The notes under the pieces are model-generated. The model was not told the origin of the DNA. It saw only the letters and a list, made by a program, of their open reading frames with translations, and did no database searches. From Candidatus Pacearchaeota archaeon (GTDB lineage Archaea; Nanobdellota; Nanobdellia; Pacearchaeales; GW2011-AR1): DNA of 64,000 bases. Positions 9,382 to 19,717 of the stretch are shown piece after piece. Numbering within the stretch: the stretch's first letter is position 1; each line of letters begins with the position of its first letter. Where the stretch lies: positions 13,206 to 77,205 of the forward strand of contig JACPLR010000011.1 of the NCBI GenBank assembly GCA_016186425.1. The letters are read 5' to 3'. The position numbers and the translations under genes are program-made.

Positions 9382-10065
9382 ATGAAATCAATTCAAGTAA
9401 AAGATGTGAAGATAGAATGGCTTGGGCATTCTGGTTTCTTGATAACAAGCCAAGATGGAAAGAGAATTGCAATTGATCCTTTTAATATTAATTCTGGAAT
9501 TGATCCTGTTGATATGATTTTAATAACACATCCACATTATGATCATTGCAGTATAAAAGATATTCAGCTGCTAGTTAAAGAAGGAACAAGTGTTGTTGTG
9601 CCTATTGGAGCTCAAAGTAAAATAAACAAAATTGAAGGAATAAATATTCAACTTTCTCAGGTTGGCTTAAAGATGAAAGTTCAGGGAATTAATATTTATC
9701 CGTTTCCTGCTTATAATATAGACAAAGAATTTCATCCTAAAGAAGAGGACTGGATGGGTTATATGCTAAAGTTAAATGATGTGATTATTTATCATTCTGG
9801 TGATACTGATAATATTCCTGAAATGAATAATTTAGTTTATATTGCGCAGGAAGGAGAAGAAGTTGTTTTATTGCTTCCAGTTTCTGGAGTGTATGTAATG
9901 AATGCTAAAGAAGCTGTTAGCGTTGCAGAAATTATAAAGCCTGCTTTAGCAATTCCAATGCATTATGGTTCAGTTGCTGGAACAGAAGCTGATGCTAAAA
10001 AATTTGTAGAATTATGCAAGGAGAAAGGCATAAGAGCGGAAATTTTGGAAAAATTAAATGGCTGA
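9382..10065 (+). CDS. MBL-fold metallo-hydrolase (UlaG-like)
   Basis: WLGHS, THPHYDH, HSGDT and PMHY motifs; start reassigned to ATG 9382. Confidence 0.9.
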   Translation: MKSIQVKDVKIEWLGHSGFLITSQDGKRIAIDPFNINSGIDPVDMILITHPHYDHCSIKDIQLLVKEGTSVVVPIGAQSKINKIEGINIQLSQVGLKMKVQGINIYPFPAYNIDKEFHPKEEDWMGYMLKLNDVIIYHSGDTDNIPEMNNLVYIAQEGEEVVLLLPVSGVYVMNAKEAVSVAEIIKPALAIPMHYGSVAGTEADAKKFVELCKEKGIRAEILEKLNG

Positions 10066-10393
10066 AAATAGGTTTAGAGAAAATCTTAATGAATATGCGA
10101 TAAATTTTCTTTTTGCGGGCATTTTGTATGCTGCTTTTTTTAGTTTTGTATTTCCAAAAATTATGAATGGCATGATTAATTACGGATATGAAATTTTTCC
10201 TGAAGTAAAAGCTCATAAAATTGCTGAAGATGGGAGAAAAGAAGAGGAGGTCAATAGAAAAAAGGTTAATGAGCTTGAGGATATTCTTACTTCTATGGCT
10301 GAGTTAGATTTGGAAAGGAATTTAGGCATTTTATCAGAGAAATCTAGAGAAGAATATGCAAAATTGCACAAAGAACTTGAATTTTATAAATAA
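10058..10393 (+). CDS. hypothetical single-TM protein
   Basis: One hydrophobic helix plus a charged C-terminus; overlaps the previous gene. Confidence 0.6.
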   Translation: MAENRFRENLNEYAINFLFAGILYAAFFSFVFPKIMNGMINYGYEIFPEVKAHKIAEDGRKEEEVNRKKVNELEDILTSMAELDLERNLGILSEKSREEYAKLHKELEFYK

Positions 10394-10459
10394 AATTAAT
10401 TAGTATTTATGTTTTATGAGAACAAGAAAATATATAAATAGTACTAGTCAAATAATAAA

Positions 10460-10690
10460 ATGTTAGAAACATATTCAATTAATGAGTTAATTAGACAAAC
10501 ACTTGACCCGGGTTTTTATGCAGTTCATAATGAAGACATCTTTTTTTCTAGTTCCAGGCAAGAGTTGTCCAGTTTTTTAGATAGTATTGGGTGTAAATCT
10601 GAAATAAAACCCAATGATGATGGATATCATCCAACATATCGTGATGATGATATTCTTACTGAAGAGCATATTGGTAAAAGAGTTTGCTAA
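10460..10690 (+). CDS. hypothetical protein
   Basis: 76-aa ORF with TATATAAA box about 22 nt upstream. Confidence 0.55.
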   Translation: MLETYSINELIRQTLDPGFYAVHNEDIFFSSSRQELSSFLDSIGCKSEIKPNDDGYHPTYRDDDILTEEHIGKRVC

Positions 10691-10853
10691 ATTTCGTTAA
10701 TTTTCTGTTAAAATTCTATATTTTCCATAAGAATAAAATGAACCCTTTTAAAAACGGTTCCCAAAACCTATATTTCTTACAAGAATAAAATATATAAACA
10801 AGCAATTTGTTGCTTTTGTTAATATTGATTGAAAGGAGGTTAAATAAAAAGAG

Positions 10854-11930
10854 ATGGTATTAGATTTTGCAAAAGAGGCGATAGAGCATGCTTCTACCCA
10901 TAGCATTAACTTTGATGAATTAAAAGCCGGAAAAGCTAACATCAAGGTTTTTGGAGTGGGTGGGGCTGGATGCAACGCTGTTACATGGCTTTTTAACAAA
11001 GGAGTTTCAGGAGCTACTGTTTATTCTGCAAATACAGATGCCTTGCATTTAAGTATTAGTAAATCTGATGAGAAAATACTTATCGGAAAGGAATTAACAA
11101 GAGGTCTTGGATGTGGCGGATATCCTGCTAAAGGAAGAGAAGCTGCAAAAGAATCTTTGGCTGAAATTAAAAGAGCTGCATCAGGAGCTGATATGGTTTT
11201 TATCATATCTGGAATGGGAGGCGGAACCGGAACTGGAGCTGCACCTGTTTTTGCGCAGATGTCTAAAGAAGCTGGAGCTGTTGTGATAGGAGTTGTTACA
11301 ATGCCTTTTGAGTGTGAGAAATCAAGAATTGACAAAGCAGAGTTTGGATTACAGGAATTAAGAGATACTGTTGATACTTGTATTGTTATCGACAACAACA
11401 GGCTTGTTGATATTGCTGGAAACCTGCCTATTGAGCAAGCATTTGCCGTCGCAAACGAACTTGTTAGTACAATGATAAAAGGAATCGTGGAAACAATTAC
11501 CTTGCCTTCATTGATTAACCTGGACTATGCGGATGTTTCAGCTATTATGAAAAATGGCGATGTTGCTGTTATAGGAATTGGCGAAAGCGACACTCAAAAC
11601 AGGGTTGATGAGGCTGTAAGACAGGCTTTAACTCATCCACTTTTAGATGTGGATTACAGAGGAGCTTCAGGAGCTTTAATACATATAACTTGTGGTCCGG
11701 ATATGAAATTAGAGGAGTTCAGTAATATAGGACAGTTAATTACTGAAAATCTTAATCCAGAGGCGCAAGTTATTATTGGAGCTAGAATTAATAAGGAATT
11801 CCAGGGAAAGATAAGAGTTATAACAATTATGACTGGAGTTAAATCTCCTTATGTGCTTGGAAGGCCTGCATATGAAGCAGCAATTGCTAGACCTCAGATA
11901 TCTGATTTAGGCATTCAGACATTCCGTTAA
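10854..11930 (+). CDS. ftsZ: cell division protein FtsZ
   Basis: GVGGAGCN, tubulin signature GMGGGTGTG, INLDYADV; GGAGGT Shine-Dalgarno. Confidence 0.97.
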   Translation: MVLDFAKEAIEHASTHSINFDELKAGKANIKVFGVGGAGCNAVTWLFNKGVSGATVYSANTDALHLSISKSDEKILIGKELTRGLGCGGYPAKGREAAKESLAEIKRAASGADMVFIISGMGGGTGTGAAPVFAQMSKEAGAVVIGVVTMPFECEKSRIDKAEFGLQELRDTVDTCIVIDNNRLVDIAGNLPIEQAFAVANELVSTMIKGIVETITLPSLINLDYADVSAIMKNGDVAVIGIGESDTQNRVDEAVRQALTHPLLDVDYRGASGALIHITCGPDMKLEEFSNIGQLITENLNPEAQVIIGARINKEFQGKIRVITIMTGVKSPYVLGRPAYEAAIARPQISDLGIQTFR

Positions 11931-11962
11931 TAAAAACCACCTCCGGGTTTTTATGAATCCTG
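11929..11962 (-). repeat. module B hairpin, variant 4 (near-copy of 24123-24156)
   Basis: Reverse complement reads ggattcATAAAAACCcggaggtGGTTTTTAT. Confidence 0.7.
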
Positions 11963-12110
11963 GAGCCACGTTGTAATAAGGCAAATATTTTATTTTTTAT
12001 TTTCTTTGCCTTTTTTATTTCTTAGAATATATTTTAATTAATAGTATATAATCTATAGAATTATTATGGTATTAAGCGGTTAATTAATAAAGTATCTGTA
12101 GCTTTCACAT

Positions 12111-12400
12111 TCAAATCAGGCAAAAATATGGGGTGTTTAGCTAAACTTTTTTCTGAAAATATTGCAATAAACAAATTTAAAGGAAAGTTTGATAAAGAAA
12201 ACCATGGGTTGTCTTTATTTTTTAAGCTTGAAATGTTAATCTTTATCGTTTAGGTGGTTTTTAACTTGTAGAGATCATTAACTTACTCATTTAAATTAGG
12301 AAAGGATGTTATGTAATTCAAGAACTTTTTGAAAACATACAATATCAAATTTTTCTATGTGAAAAATTTAACTTGATTTTATAGCTGTTTAATTTAATTA
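12111..12400 (+). repeat. two tandem core hairpin repeats; the first carries module B (12181-12219) and the second carries side hairpin C
   Basis: aggaaagtttgATAAAGAAAACCatgGGTTGTCTTTAT; acttactcatttaaattagg...TTCAAgaacttTTTGAA...AAATTTTTCtatgtGAAAAATTT. Confidence 0.85.
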
Positions 12401-12483
12401 GTGTATGTGCATAATAGATTAGATATAACATACTTCTTTTTTACTTCCATAGAACTTAAAAATCCTCAATACTTAAGCATTTT

Positions 12484-13059
12484 ATGGAAAATCTTACAAA
12501 AGAGACTCTAGATGAACTGGATAATGCCAGGGATTTAGAAAACATGAAAAAAGTTGAAGCAGCGCTTTTTGTGTCTGGCAAGTTTCTTACAACACAAGAG
12601 CTAGTAGCTTTAACTGATTTAAATCCCATTCTTTTAAACCAGGTTTTAACTAAGCTCATGGATAAGTATGATGATGGCTCTGCGATTGAAATAGTTAATA
12701 AAGGAGATTTATGGAAAATGGATATTAAAGGGAATTATACCAGTATTGTAAATAAATTAGCTACAGGAAACGAAGAGTTTACAAGAGCTGAACAAGAGAC
12801 ATTAGCTGTTATTGCGCATAAGCAACCGATGAAACAGTCAATGGTTATTCAGATGAGGGGAAATAAAGCTTATGACCATATTAAAAGATTTACAGAACTC
12901 GGATTAATAAAGAGCAAGAGATTTGGAAGAACAAGAGAATTAAGCTTGAGCGATGATTTTTATGATTATTTCAGTGTTGGAAAGAAAGCCAATGAAATAA
13001 AAGAGAAAGAATCGGATAAAAAAGATTTATCGGAAGGGGATAAGGGAAAAGGAGAGTAA
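12484..13059 (+). CDS. scpB: SMC-Scp complex subunit ScpB
   Basis: VEAALFVSG, ETLAVIAHKQP, RG..AYDHI..., F.DYF. Confidence 0.9.
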   Translation: MENLTKETLDELDNARDLENMKKVEAALFVSGKFLTTQELVALTDLNPILLNQVLTKLMDKYDDGSAIEIVNKGDLWKMDIKGNYTSIVNKLATGNEEFTRAEQETLAVIAHKQPMKQSMVIQMRGNKAYDHIKRFTELGLIKSKRFGRTRELSLSDDFYDYFSVGKKANEIKEKESDKKDLSEGDKGKGE

Positions 13060-13061
13060 TC

Positions 13062-14315
13062 ATGGAATTTTATCATGTTTTAATATACATTTTAGCATAT
13101 ATAGGGTTTTTTGCGATTGCATATTATGTAATAAGTCTTTTCACTTACTATAAAAATAAAGAAATAGATGGCGAAAGTACGGATAAGAAAGTAAGTATTT
13201 TAATTCCCGCTTATAATGAGGAAGAAGGCATAGCTAGAACAATTGAATCGGCTTTATCTCTTGACTACCCAAGAGATAAATTAGAAATTATAGTTGTTGA
13301 TGATGGCAGTCACGATGATACTTATAAAATTGCAAAAACATTTATTTCAAGTAAAAATTCTATAGTAAAAGTTTTTACCAAGAAAAATAATGGAAAAGCA
13401 TCTGCATTAAATTTTGGCATAGAAAAATCTAAAGGCGAGATAATTGTTTCTATGGATGCTGATAGTTTTGTTAATCCAGATGCATTAAAAAAAATGGTTT
13501 ATTTCTTTAAGAATAAAGAAGTTATGTCAGTATCTCCCTCTATGGGCGTTTATAAGCCAAAAAATATATTAGAGAGAATTCAGCATATAGAATATTACAT
13601 GGGAGTTTTTTTAAGAAAATCTTTCGCAACAGTTAATGCAATTCATATAACTCCTGGAGCCTTTTCAGCTTATAGAAAGGAATTTTTTTTAAAGCACGGA
13701 GGGTATGATGAAAAAAATATTACTGAAGATTTGGAAGTTGCCTTGAGAATTCAAAGATATGGTTATATTATAGAAAATGCTCCCAAGGCAGTCGCTTATA
13801 CTATTGTTCCAAAGACTTTTAGACCTTTAATGATTCAGAGAAGAAGATGGTATGTTGGACTTATAAATAATTTATGGGAATATAAAGATTTAATCAGCCC
13901 TAAAAAAGGGCCTCTTGGATTAGTTGTTCTGCCAGTTGCAATAATTACAGTCATCCTCTCTTTGATATTGACTGTTTATTCAATAATAAGGTCTTTAATT
14001 CAGGTTAGAAACGAGCTAATATCATTAAGCGCAATTAATTTTCGGTTTAACGATGCCTTTGAAATAAATCAGTTCGTTTTTAGCCAATTCTTTTATCAAT
14101 TATTTAGTTCACCAATATTTTTAATAAGTTTTATATTTGCAATTATAATGGCATTTTACTTGCGCTTTTCGAGGCATCAAATGAGATATAGCGAAAATAT
14201 CAGATTAAATTTATTCTTATTTTTATTCTTTTACAGTTTCCTTTTTTCTTTTTGGTGGATTATTTCATTTCTTTATGCTATATTAAATAAGAAAGTTATT
14301 TGGAGGAAAGAGTAA
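13062..14315 (+). CDS. GT2-family processive-type membrane glycosyltransferase
   Basis: IPAYNE, DDGS, DAD, TED and QRRRW motifs; multiple TM helices. Confidence 0.92.
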   Translation: MEFYHVLIYILAYIGFFAIAYYVISLFTYYKNKEIDGESTDKKVSILIPAYNEEEGIARTIESALSLDYPRDKLEIIVVDDGSHDDTYKIAKTFISSKNSIVKVFTKKNNGKASALNFGIEKSKGEIIVSMDADSFVNPDALKKMVYFFKNKEVMSVSPSMGVYKPKNILERIQHIEYYMGVFLRKSFATVNAIHITPGAFSAYRKEFFLKHGGYDEKNITEDLEVALRIQRYGYIIENAPKAVAYTIVPKTFRPLMIQRRRWYVGLINNLWEYKDLISPKKGPLGLVVLPVAIITVILSLILTVYSIIRSLIQVRNELISLSAINFRFNDAFEINQFVFSQFFYQLFSSPIFLISFIFAIIMAFYLRFSRHQMRYSENIRLNLFLFLFFYSFLFSFWWIISFLYAILNKKVIWRKE

Positions 14316-14316
14316 G

Positions 14317-14955
14317 ATGAAAGAAATTAATCGCAAACATCCTATTAAGCATTATTTAATGGCTTTTATTGCTTCAACAATTATTTTTATTTTAATATCT
14401 TTAATTTCTTATTCAATATCTTACTTAAATTACCGCGATATTTCTTCTAGGAATAATGTAATTAATGACTACATAAATGATCTTTCCGGGTATATTTCTG
14501 AATTAAATTGCAGTAATCAACTCCTATTTGATTCATCGGAAAGATTAGATGAGGTTGGATTTAAAATGAGTATACTTGAAAATAGATTTGGTAAAGATGA
14601 CGTTAGAGTGATCTCCCAAAAAAAGCTTTATACTCAATTAGAGTTGAACCATTTTAATATCGTTCGTGAATTTAATAATAAATGCAACACATCTTTTAAT
14701 ACAATTATATTTTTTTACTCAAATAAGAAGGAAGTTAAGGATGAAAATGAGCGAGTAGGGTTTGTATTAAGTACACTAAAAAATAAATGGCCTGAAGATG
14801 TTATGATATATTCTTTTGATTATAACTTAGATTCTTATTTAATTTATGATTTAAAGAGTAAATATAAGGTTATTGACACACCATTTGTTTTAGTAAATGA
14901 GAGAGATAAAGTAGAAGTAAAAAATATAAAGGATATTGAGCGATTGATTAAGTAA
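14317..14955 (+). CDS. membrane-anchored hypothetical protein with thioredoxin-like C-terminus
   Basis: N-terminal TM; IIFFYS...YSFD...TPFVLVN pattern. Confidence 0.6.
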   Translation: MKEINRKHPIKHYLMAFIASTIIFILISLISYSISYLNYRDISSRNNVINDYINDLSGYISELNCSNQLLFDSSERLDEVGFKMSILENRFGKDDVRVISQKKLYTQLELNHFNIVREFNNKCNTSFNTIIFFYSNKKEVKDENERVGFVLSTLKNKWPEDVMIYSFDYNLDSYLIYDLKSKYKVIDTPFVLVNERDKVEVKNIKDIERLIK

Positions 14956-15034
14956 TTCTTACCATTTTCTTATGATTTTTTACCATTCTTTAGACTATAC
15001 AAAAGAATAAAAATAGCAGTTTTATATATTTTTC

Positions 15035-15763
15035 ATGGAAATTCAGTTAAACGATGAAAAATGCATGCTTTGCGGCAGCAATTCTGGAGAATCTGGATTA
15101 ATTGATGCAATTGACGGGCGTGAAATCATAAAGCTATGCGAGAATTGCGCTTCTAAAAATAATTTCCCTTTAATAAGAAAACCAACCCAAGAGCAGATAA
15201 ACAGGGCTAATAGGTTTTATGGAGTGAGAGATAGGTTAATGGTTAACAGGCCTGATTTAAAGCAGATAGCTGTGAGGAAAGAGACCCCTGAAGATAAAGA
15301 GCTAAAGAGGGTTATTTCTGAAAATGCAAAACTGCAGAAATACGAAGACTTAGTTGATAATTTTCATTGGCATATTCAGCAGGGAAGAAGAATGAGAAAA
15401 TTAAGCCAGAAACAGCTTGCTGAAATGATTGCAGAGCCTGAAGTTGTGATAAGCATGGCTGAACAAGGAAAGTTACCTGAAGATTATAATAGAGTTATAA
15501 GTAAACTTGAGCAGTTTTTAAAAGTCAAGCTGAAAAAACAAGAGGACAAGCCTGTTTCTGAAACAGAACAAAACCAAGAACAAAGTGAAGAAGAAGGATT
15601 TGACATTAAGAAAGCAAATTTCTTCAAGGTGACTACTGGCTATTTAAAATCCCTGAAAGAAAAAATGATTGGAAAGCAGGAAGCAAAAGAGGAAAAAAAG
15701 GAAGAGCAGGAGAAAACCCTTGATGAGGAGAAATTAGCTGAGGGTGGCGATGTTAAGAAATAA
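15035..15763 (+). CDS. Zn-ribbon plus HTH (MBF1-like) protein
   Basis: CMLC..CENC; LVDNF..IQQGR..KLSQKQLAEMIAE..VI...EQG. Confidence 0.8.
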   Translation: MEIQLNDEKCMLCGSNSGESGLIDAIDGREIIKLCENCASKNNFPLIRKPTQEQINRANRFYGVRDRLMVNRPDLKQIAVRKETPEDKELKRVISENAKLQKYEDLVDNFHWHIQQGRRMRKLSQKQLAEMIAEPEVVISMAEQGKLPEDYNRVISKLEQFLKVKLKKQEDKPVSETEQNQEQSEEEGFDIKKANFFKVTTGYLKSLKEKMIGKQEAKEEKKEEQEKTLDEEKLAEGGDVKK

Positions 15764-15809
15764 GGTTTTGAAATTTAATTCTGAAAATGTAAAAAAATAT
15801 TAGTAACTT

Positions 15810-15970
15810 AAGATGTAAAAATAAGGGAAGGATATAGTATTATTTCAAGAACAATTTTGAAAATATCACAACATCTTTACATGGTTTTTAAGCCGGATTA
15901 AGTATGTTAAAATTACAATTTTCAGTGGCTTATCCTAATAAATTATGGAAAGATATTACATATTTTCAGA
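15810..15970 (+). repeat. core hairpin repeat, conserved linker and second left arm
   Basis: TTCAAgaacaatTTTGAA core; linker tatgttaaaattacaa is shared with about 44398-44413. Confidence 0.75.
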
Positions 15971-16020
15971 ACTCAGAAAGATTTATAAGCCATCTTTTTG
16001 ATTCTATTTATAATTAAATC

Positions 16021-16059
16021 AAAGGAAGCTTCATAAAAGAAACCTTTGTGTTATTTATA
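16021..16059 (+). repeat. module B hairpin (variant 2, degenerate) abutting the rpoL ATG
   Basis: aaggaagcttcataaaagaaacc shares ggaagcttcataaaagaaacc with 25611-25631; ends in tttata-ATG. Confidence 0.7.
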
Positions 16060-16320
16060 ATGAGAACTGAAATAATTAAAGATGAGAAGAATGAAATGGA
16101 AATATCAATAGATTCTCTGACTGTTGCAGAAGCTATTAGGGTTTATCTTCAGAAAGATGATGCTGTCAGCTTTGCTGCATGGAGACAGGAACATCCTAGC
16201 AAGCCAGTGCTTTTAAGGATTGAAACAAAAGGCAAATCTCCAAGAAAGGCAATTGAAGATGCTATTGAACATATTCAAAAAGACGCTGATAAGCTGGTTG
16301 CGGAAGTGAAGAAGGCTTAA
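16060..16320 (+). CDS. rpoL: RNA polymerase subunit Rpo11 (RpoL)
   Basis: L..D..VSFAAWRQEHP...LRIET....P..AI..A. Confidence 0.88.
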   Translation: MRTEIIKDEKNEMEISIDSLTVAEAIRVYLQKDDAVSFAAWRQEHPSKPVLLRIETKGKSPRKAIEDAIEHIQKDADKLVAEVKKA

Positions 16321-16406
16321 ATATCTACTTCGCAGAGATTATATAATTTCTGAAAAATAAAAGATAAATTATTAATAAAATTTATAAGTTTTTAATTTAA
16401 ATATTG

Positions 16407-16460
16407 GTAGTTCAAGTTTAATGAATCATGGAAAGTTATTGCAATATTTTCAAAATAATT
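16407..16460 (+). repeat. partial core hairpin repeat (left arm)
   Basis: gtagttcaag...catggaaagttattgcaatattTTCAA. Confidence 0.55.
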
Positions 16461-16757
16461 TTAATTTTTAAATACTATTGAAGATTTTTCTACTGTTATG
16501 CATCTGCTGGCCTCTTCACCATGCCCGTATACGCCAAAAAAATTTCCGTGTGGGACAGCAAGTAATATAAGCCCTTTTTCTATATCTTCATCCAATACTT
16601 GAACTTCTAGCAAGGAATTATCAGAATTTTCATTAGTATGGCATTGGTCAAAATATATCTCAAACATTTTTCCTTCATAATCTCTAACCTTGCCAATTCT
16701 ATGACTGCTGAATAATCCTGGTTGGATATCATTAATTGGAATATAAGTCTTTCCCAT
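16461..16757 (-). CDS. hypothetical protein
   Basis: 98-aa ORF; no motif recognised. Confidence 0.6.
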   Translation of the reverse strand: MGKTYIPINDIQPGLFSSHRIGKVRDYEGKMFEIYFDQCHTNENSDNSLLEVQVLDEDIEKGLILLAVPHGNFFGVYGHGEEASRCITVEKSSIVFKN

Positions 16758-16825
16758 TTTTTATTGTTAATTTATTATTTATGTTATTTTTAAATATTTG
16801 GATAATTCAGTAGATTTAAAACTCA

Positions 16826-16940
16826 GTAATTCTAGCGAAAAAGGCAGGGAAAGTTATGATGTGATTTCAAAATATTCTTGAAAATACACAATATAAAATT
16901 TTTCTATGTGAAAAATTTTGCCTTATTTAGGCTAGGTTGT
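16826..16940 (+). repeat. full core hairpin repeat with side hairpin C
   Basis: ttctagcgaaaaaggcaggg...TTCAAaatattcTTGAA...AAAATTTTTCtatgtGAAAAATTTTgccttatttaggctag. Confidence 0.85.
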
Positions 16941-16947
16941 AGAATAT

Positions 16948-17136
16948 TTATAGCTTTTTTTCAAGCCCTTTATCTTCTTTTTTTCTTTCTATATTTCTAA
17001 TATCATACCATAATTTTATAGAATGGCCAAGAAAAAATAGTCCTCCAACTACCATTACTCCTGATGCTACATTTAGAAAGTTTGAATTAGTGATATAATC
17101 TGAAATTGTTTGGTAAGTTTGTCTAATTTCTTCCAT
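16948..17136 (-). CDS. small single-TM hypothetical protein
   Basis: One TM helix; charged tail ending GLEKKL; TATA box upstream. Confidence 0.6.
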   Translation of the reverse strand: MEEIRQTYQTISDYITNSNFLNVASGVMVVGGLFFLGHSIKLWYDIRNIERKKEDKGLEKKL

Positions 17137-17220
17137 AGTTTTTGTTACTATGATATAGTTTATAAAGCTTTTGATTTCAAGTTATTTTTTAATTGATAAT
17201 TAGATGAGTAGTTTTTTTAA

Positions 17221-17817
17221 TTAAATCCCCCTCCTATCTAATTCGTTATTAACAATTGTTACAACTTGGCTGGCAAAATAAGTTTTGTTTCCTACTGAAA
17301 CAGGAGTTGCTATAGACTTGAGCTTTTTCAGCTCTTTCTTGTTAAACCCTTCATTATCCCCCAATAGAAAAACCGGGCTGTTAGCAATTTTTATTTTTCT
17401 TATGTCTTTTCCTTTGTCATCTAAAACATAAATTTCTTTCCCCTCTTTTTGCATTTCTTCTATTAATTTAAATAATGATTTCTTTTCAATCTCAAAACCT
17501 TCTTCTACAATTGTATTCTGACCTGATTTATATTTATACAGCATTTTTTTAATTAGGTTTGCAATATCTTTTTTGCTTATTGATATTTTGCCAACTGTTT
17601 TCTTGCCCTTTGGGTTTAAAAGAATATGTTTTGGTGGATCAGGAGGGCCGTTAAATACTAGATGCACTCTGACATCATCTCTCATATTGTGGGATATAAA
17701 GAAAGCATGAATTATAGAATGAATTGCAATATCCATTCTTCCGGCATCCATAAGATTCTCTGTTGGAAAATTGCCTGTTGTTCTTGCCCGGTTTGAGAAG
17801 TAAATGAATTCTCTCAT
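17221..17817 (-). CDS. trmY: tRNA (pseudouridine54-N1)-methyltransferase
   Basis: MREFI..S..A.T, GRMDI, FFISH..R, FLLGD.EG, and a SPOUT knot (SVG...YFASQ...IVNNELD). Confidence 0.88.
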   Translation of the reverse strand: MREFIYFSNRARTTGNFPTENLMDAGRMDIAIHSIIHAFFISHNMRDDVRVHLVFNGPPDPPKHILLNPKGKKTVGKISISKKDIANLIKKMLYKYKSGQNTIVEEGFEIEKKSLFKLIEEMQKEGKEIYVLDDKGKDIRKIKIANSPVFLLGDNEGFNKKELKKLKSIATPVSVGNKTYFASQVVTIVNNELDRRGI

Positions 17818-17912
17818 GATTATTTGAAGGAAGTAGTGTTATTAAGGTTAACTTTTTGCATCTAACTTATAGAGAATTCTAATTTCTAGAAGATAATTAA
17901 TAAAAATCAGAA

Positions 17913-18030
17913 ACTTACTTATATAAATAAGGTAAAGATGTGGCATGATTTCAGAACAATTTTGAATCTATACAATCCAAAATTTTTCTATGTGAAAAAT
18001 TTAACATGAGCTATTAGATATTTAAATTAA
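17913..18030 (+). repeat. full core hairpin repeat with side hairpin C
   Basis: acttacttatataaataagg...TTCAgaacaattTTGAA...AAATTTTTCtatgtGAAAAATTT. Confidence 0.85.
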
Positions 18031-18064
18031 TTGTAATAGCAACAATAGTTATGCCCTAATGGCG

Positions 18065-18688
18065 TTAACTTTTTGTATGTCTGCGAAAAATTTTTTTAGG
18101 AATTATTTTAATTCTTGCTGTTCCTTTTGCGGATATGTTTCCATTTGAATTTACATAGTCTGTTCTAATTTCATAATCTCTTTTTGAACCATCTATTTTT
18201 TTAAGTGTTCCAATATCAAGTAATGGATTTTGCAAAGGAATTCCATTAAATTCAAGTGTTTGGCTTAAATAAACTGGAAAGTTATCTTCCCCTATTAATT
18301 CTAGCCCTTGGCTGCTCCTTTGCAGGTCTCCTGCTATTAAATAAAGTAAATTAAATTTTTCATTATTCTCTCCACTATGGGTTCCATAACTAAATCTTCC
18401 CATGCATAATTCTTTTTCTTCTTTATCATGAAACATAAATTCTAAAGCATCTTCTTTCCTAGTTAAATTAAGCCATAAATTTAAAGGATAAAATGCTTGA
18501 TTTGTAAAACTAACCTCTAAACGTGAGACTGGCTTGCATAAATGACTTTCAACAAGTCTTGTATAATACATGCCTGGCATTACTTTTTGCCCTATATGAA
18601 GATTTATGTTTGGATCTTTTATTTCTTCAAGAAAGTTCTCAATTTTCTTATCTGATGTATTTTCTTCTGTTATTTTTATAGTTATCAT
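18065..18688 (-). CDS. hypothetical protein, possibly hotdog (MaoC-like) fold
   Basis: DPNINLH...VMPGM resembles the MaoC D-N-x-x-H...PGM motif; C-terminal SQTLEF...KGTARIKI strand pattern. Confidence 0.45.
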   Translation of the reverse strand: MITIKITEENTSDKKIENFLEEIKDPNINLHIGQKVMPGMYYTRLVESHLCKPVSRLEVSFTNQAFYPLNLWLNLTRKEDALEFMFHDKEEKELCMGRFSYGTHSGENNEKFNLLYLIAGDLQRSSQGLELIGEDNFPVYLSQTLEFNGIPLQNPLLDIGTLKKIDGSKRDYEIRTDYVNSNGNISAKGTARIKIIPKKIFRRHTKS

Positions 18689-18744
18689 ATAGTGAGTTCT
18701 AATTTATAATTTAAAAACCTGTTGTTTTTCAGTTTTTAATTGAA

Positions 18745-19638
18745 TCATTTTATCGGCTGAAGCACAAATTCTGGAGTTGCCAGAATTCTTTCACTTTTTA
18801 TTATCCTGAAAGTTCCTATAAATTTATCTTCATTAAAAACAGCGATTTTTTCATCTATCTTTAGTTCCTTTGCCTTTTCTAGATTACCTATGTATTCTTT
18901 AAATAATGGAGAGCCATGGTATAATTTATTTATGTATTGCTTTTTTACCTGCAAAACCGGGAGAACTTCAGATATAATCTCTCCTGGAATAAGCATTTCT
19001 CTTAATTGATTTTCACATTCTTTATTTCCTTTTTTATATTCTCCTACAGCTTCTAAAAATTCATAAATTGTATAGCTTTTATTTTCTTGGAAAATACTTG
19101 CTTGTATTCTTCTTAATTCAAGCATGTGAGCACCTTGGATTTTCTCGCCTAAATCAGATATTAATTTTCTAATATATGTTCCTGCTTCAACTTCTGCGAG
19201 AAATAAAATATCTTTTTTATTTTCACTAACTTCAAGGATTTCAAACCTGTAAACTTCTCTTTGCCTTTCCTCACGCTTGACACGGGATTTTACAGGAGGC
19301 AATTGAGTTATTGTTCCAATGAAGTTTTTTATTTCTTCCCTTAGCTTTTTTTCACTTATTTCTTCATGAATTCGCATTATTCCAATATATGTTTTGGTTT
19401 TTCCAATAAAATAAGGCATTAGCCTGCATGCTCGGCTTAATGCAACTGGCAATACTCCTGTAACCATGGGATCTAGAGTTCCAAAATGGCTTGTTTTCTT
19501 TAAATTCAGAGCATTTTTAATAATTAAATCAACTGAAAAGCTTGTAGGTCCTGAAGGCTTGTCAATGTTTATTATGCTAAACTCTAAAAGTTCTTTCAGA
19601 GTTTTCTTGGATTTAATGGTTTCTAGATCAATATTCAT
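18745..19638 (-). CDS. cbf5: pseudouridine synthase Cbf5 (TruB family)
   Basis: IDKPSGPTS, HFGTLDP.VTGVLP, QLPPVKS.VKR, GTYIRKL; C-terminal PUA-like domain. Confidence 0.93.
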   Translation of the reverse strand: MNIDLETIKSKKTLKELLEFSIINIDKPSGPTSFSVDLIIKNALNLKKTSHFGTLDPMVTGVLPVALSRACRLMPYFIGKTKTYIGIMRIHEEISEKKLREEIKNFIGTITQLPPVKSRVKREERQREVYRFEILEVSENKKDILFLAEVEAGTYIRKLISDLGEKIQGAHMLELRRIQASIFQENKSYTIYEFLEAVGEYKKGNKECENQLREMLIPGEIISEVLPVLQVKKQYINKLYHGSPLFKEYIGNLEKAKELKIDEKIAVFNEDKFIGTFRIIKSERILATPEFVLQPIK

Positions 19639-19717
19639 GTTTAGATAATTACTTGTTTATTTTTAAATGTTTTTTGTTACAATAATGTTTATTAATCCTA
19701 GTTGAGTAATTAGTTTT

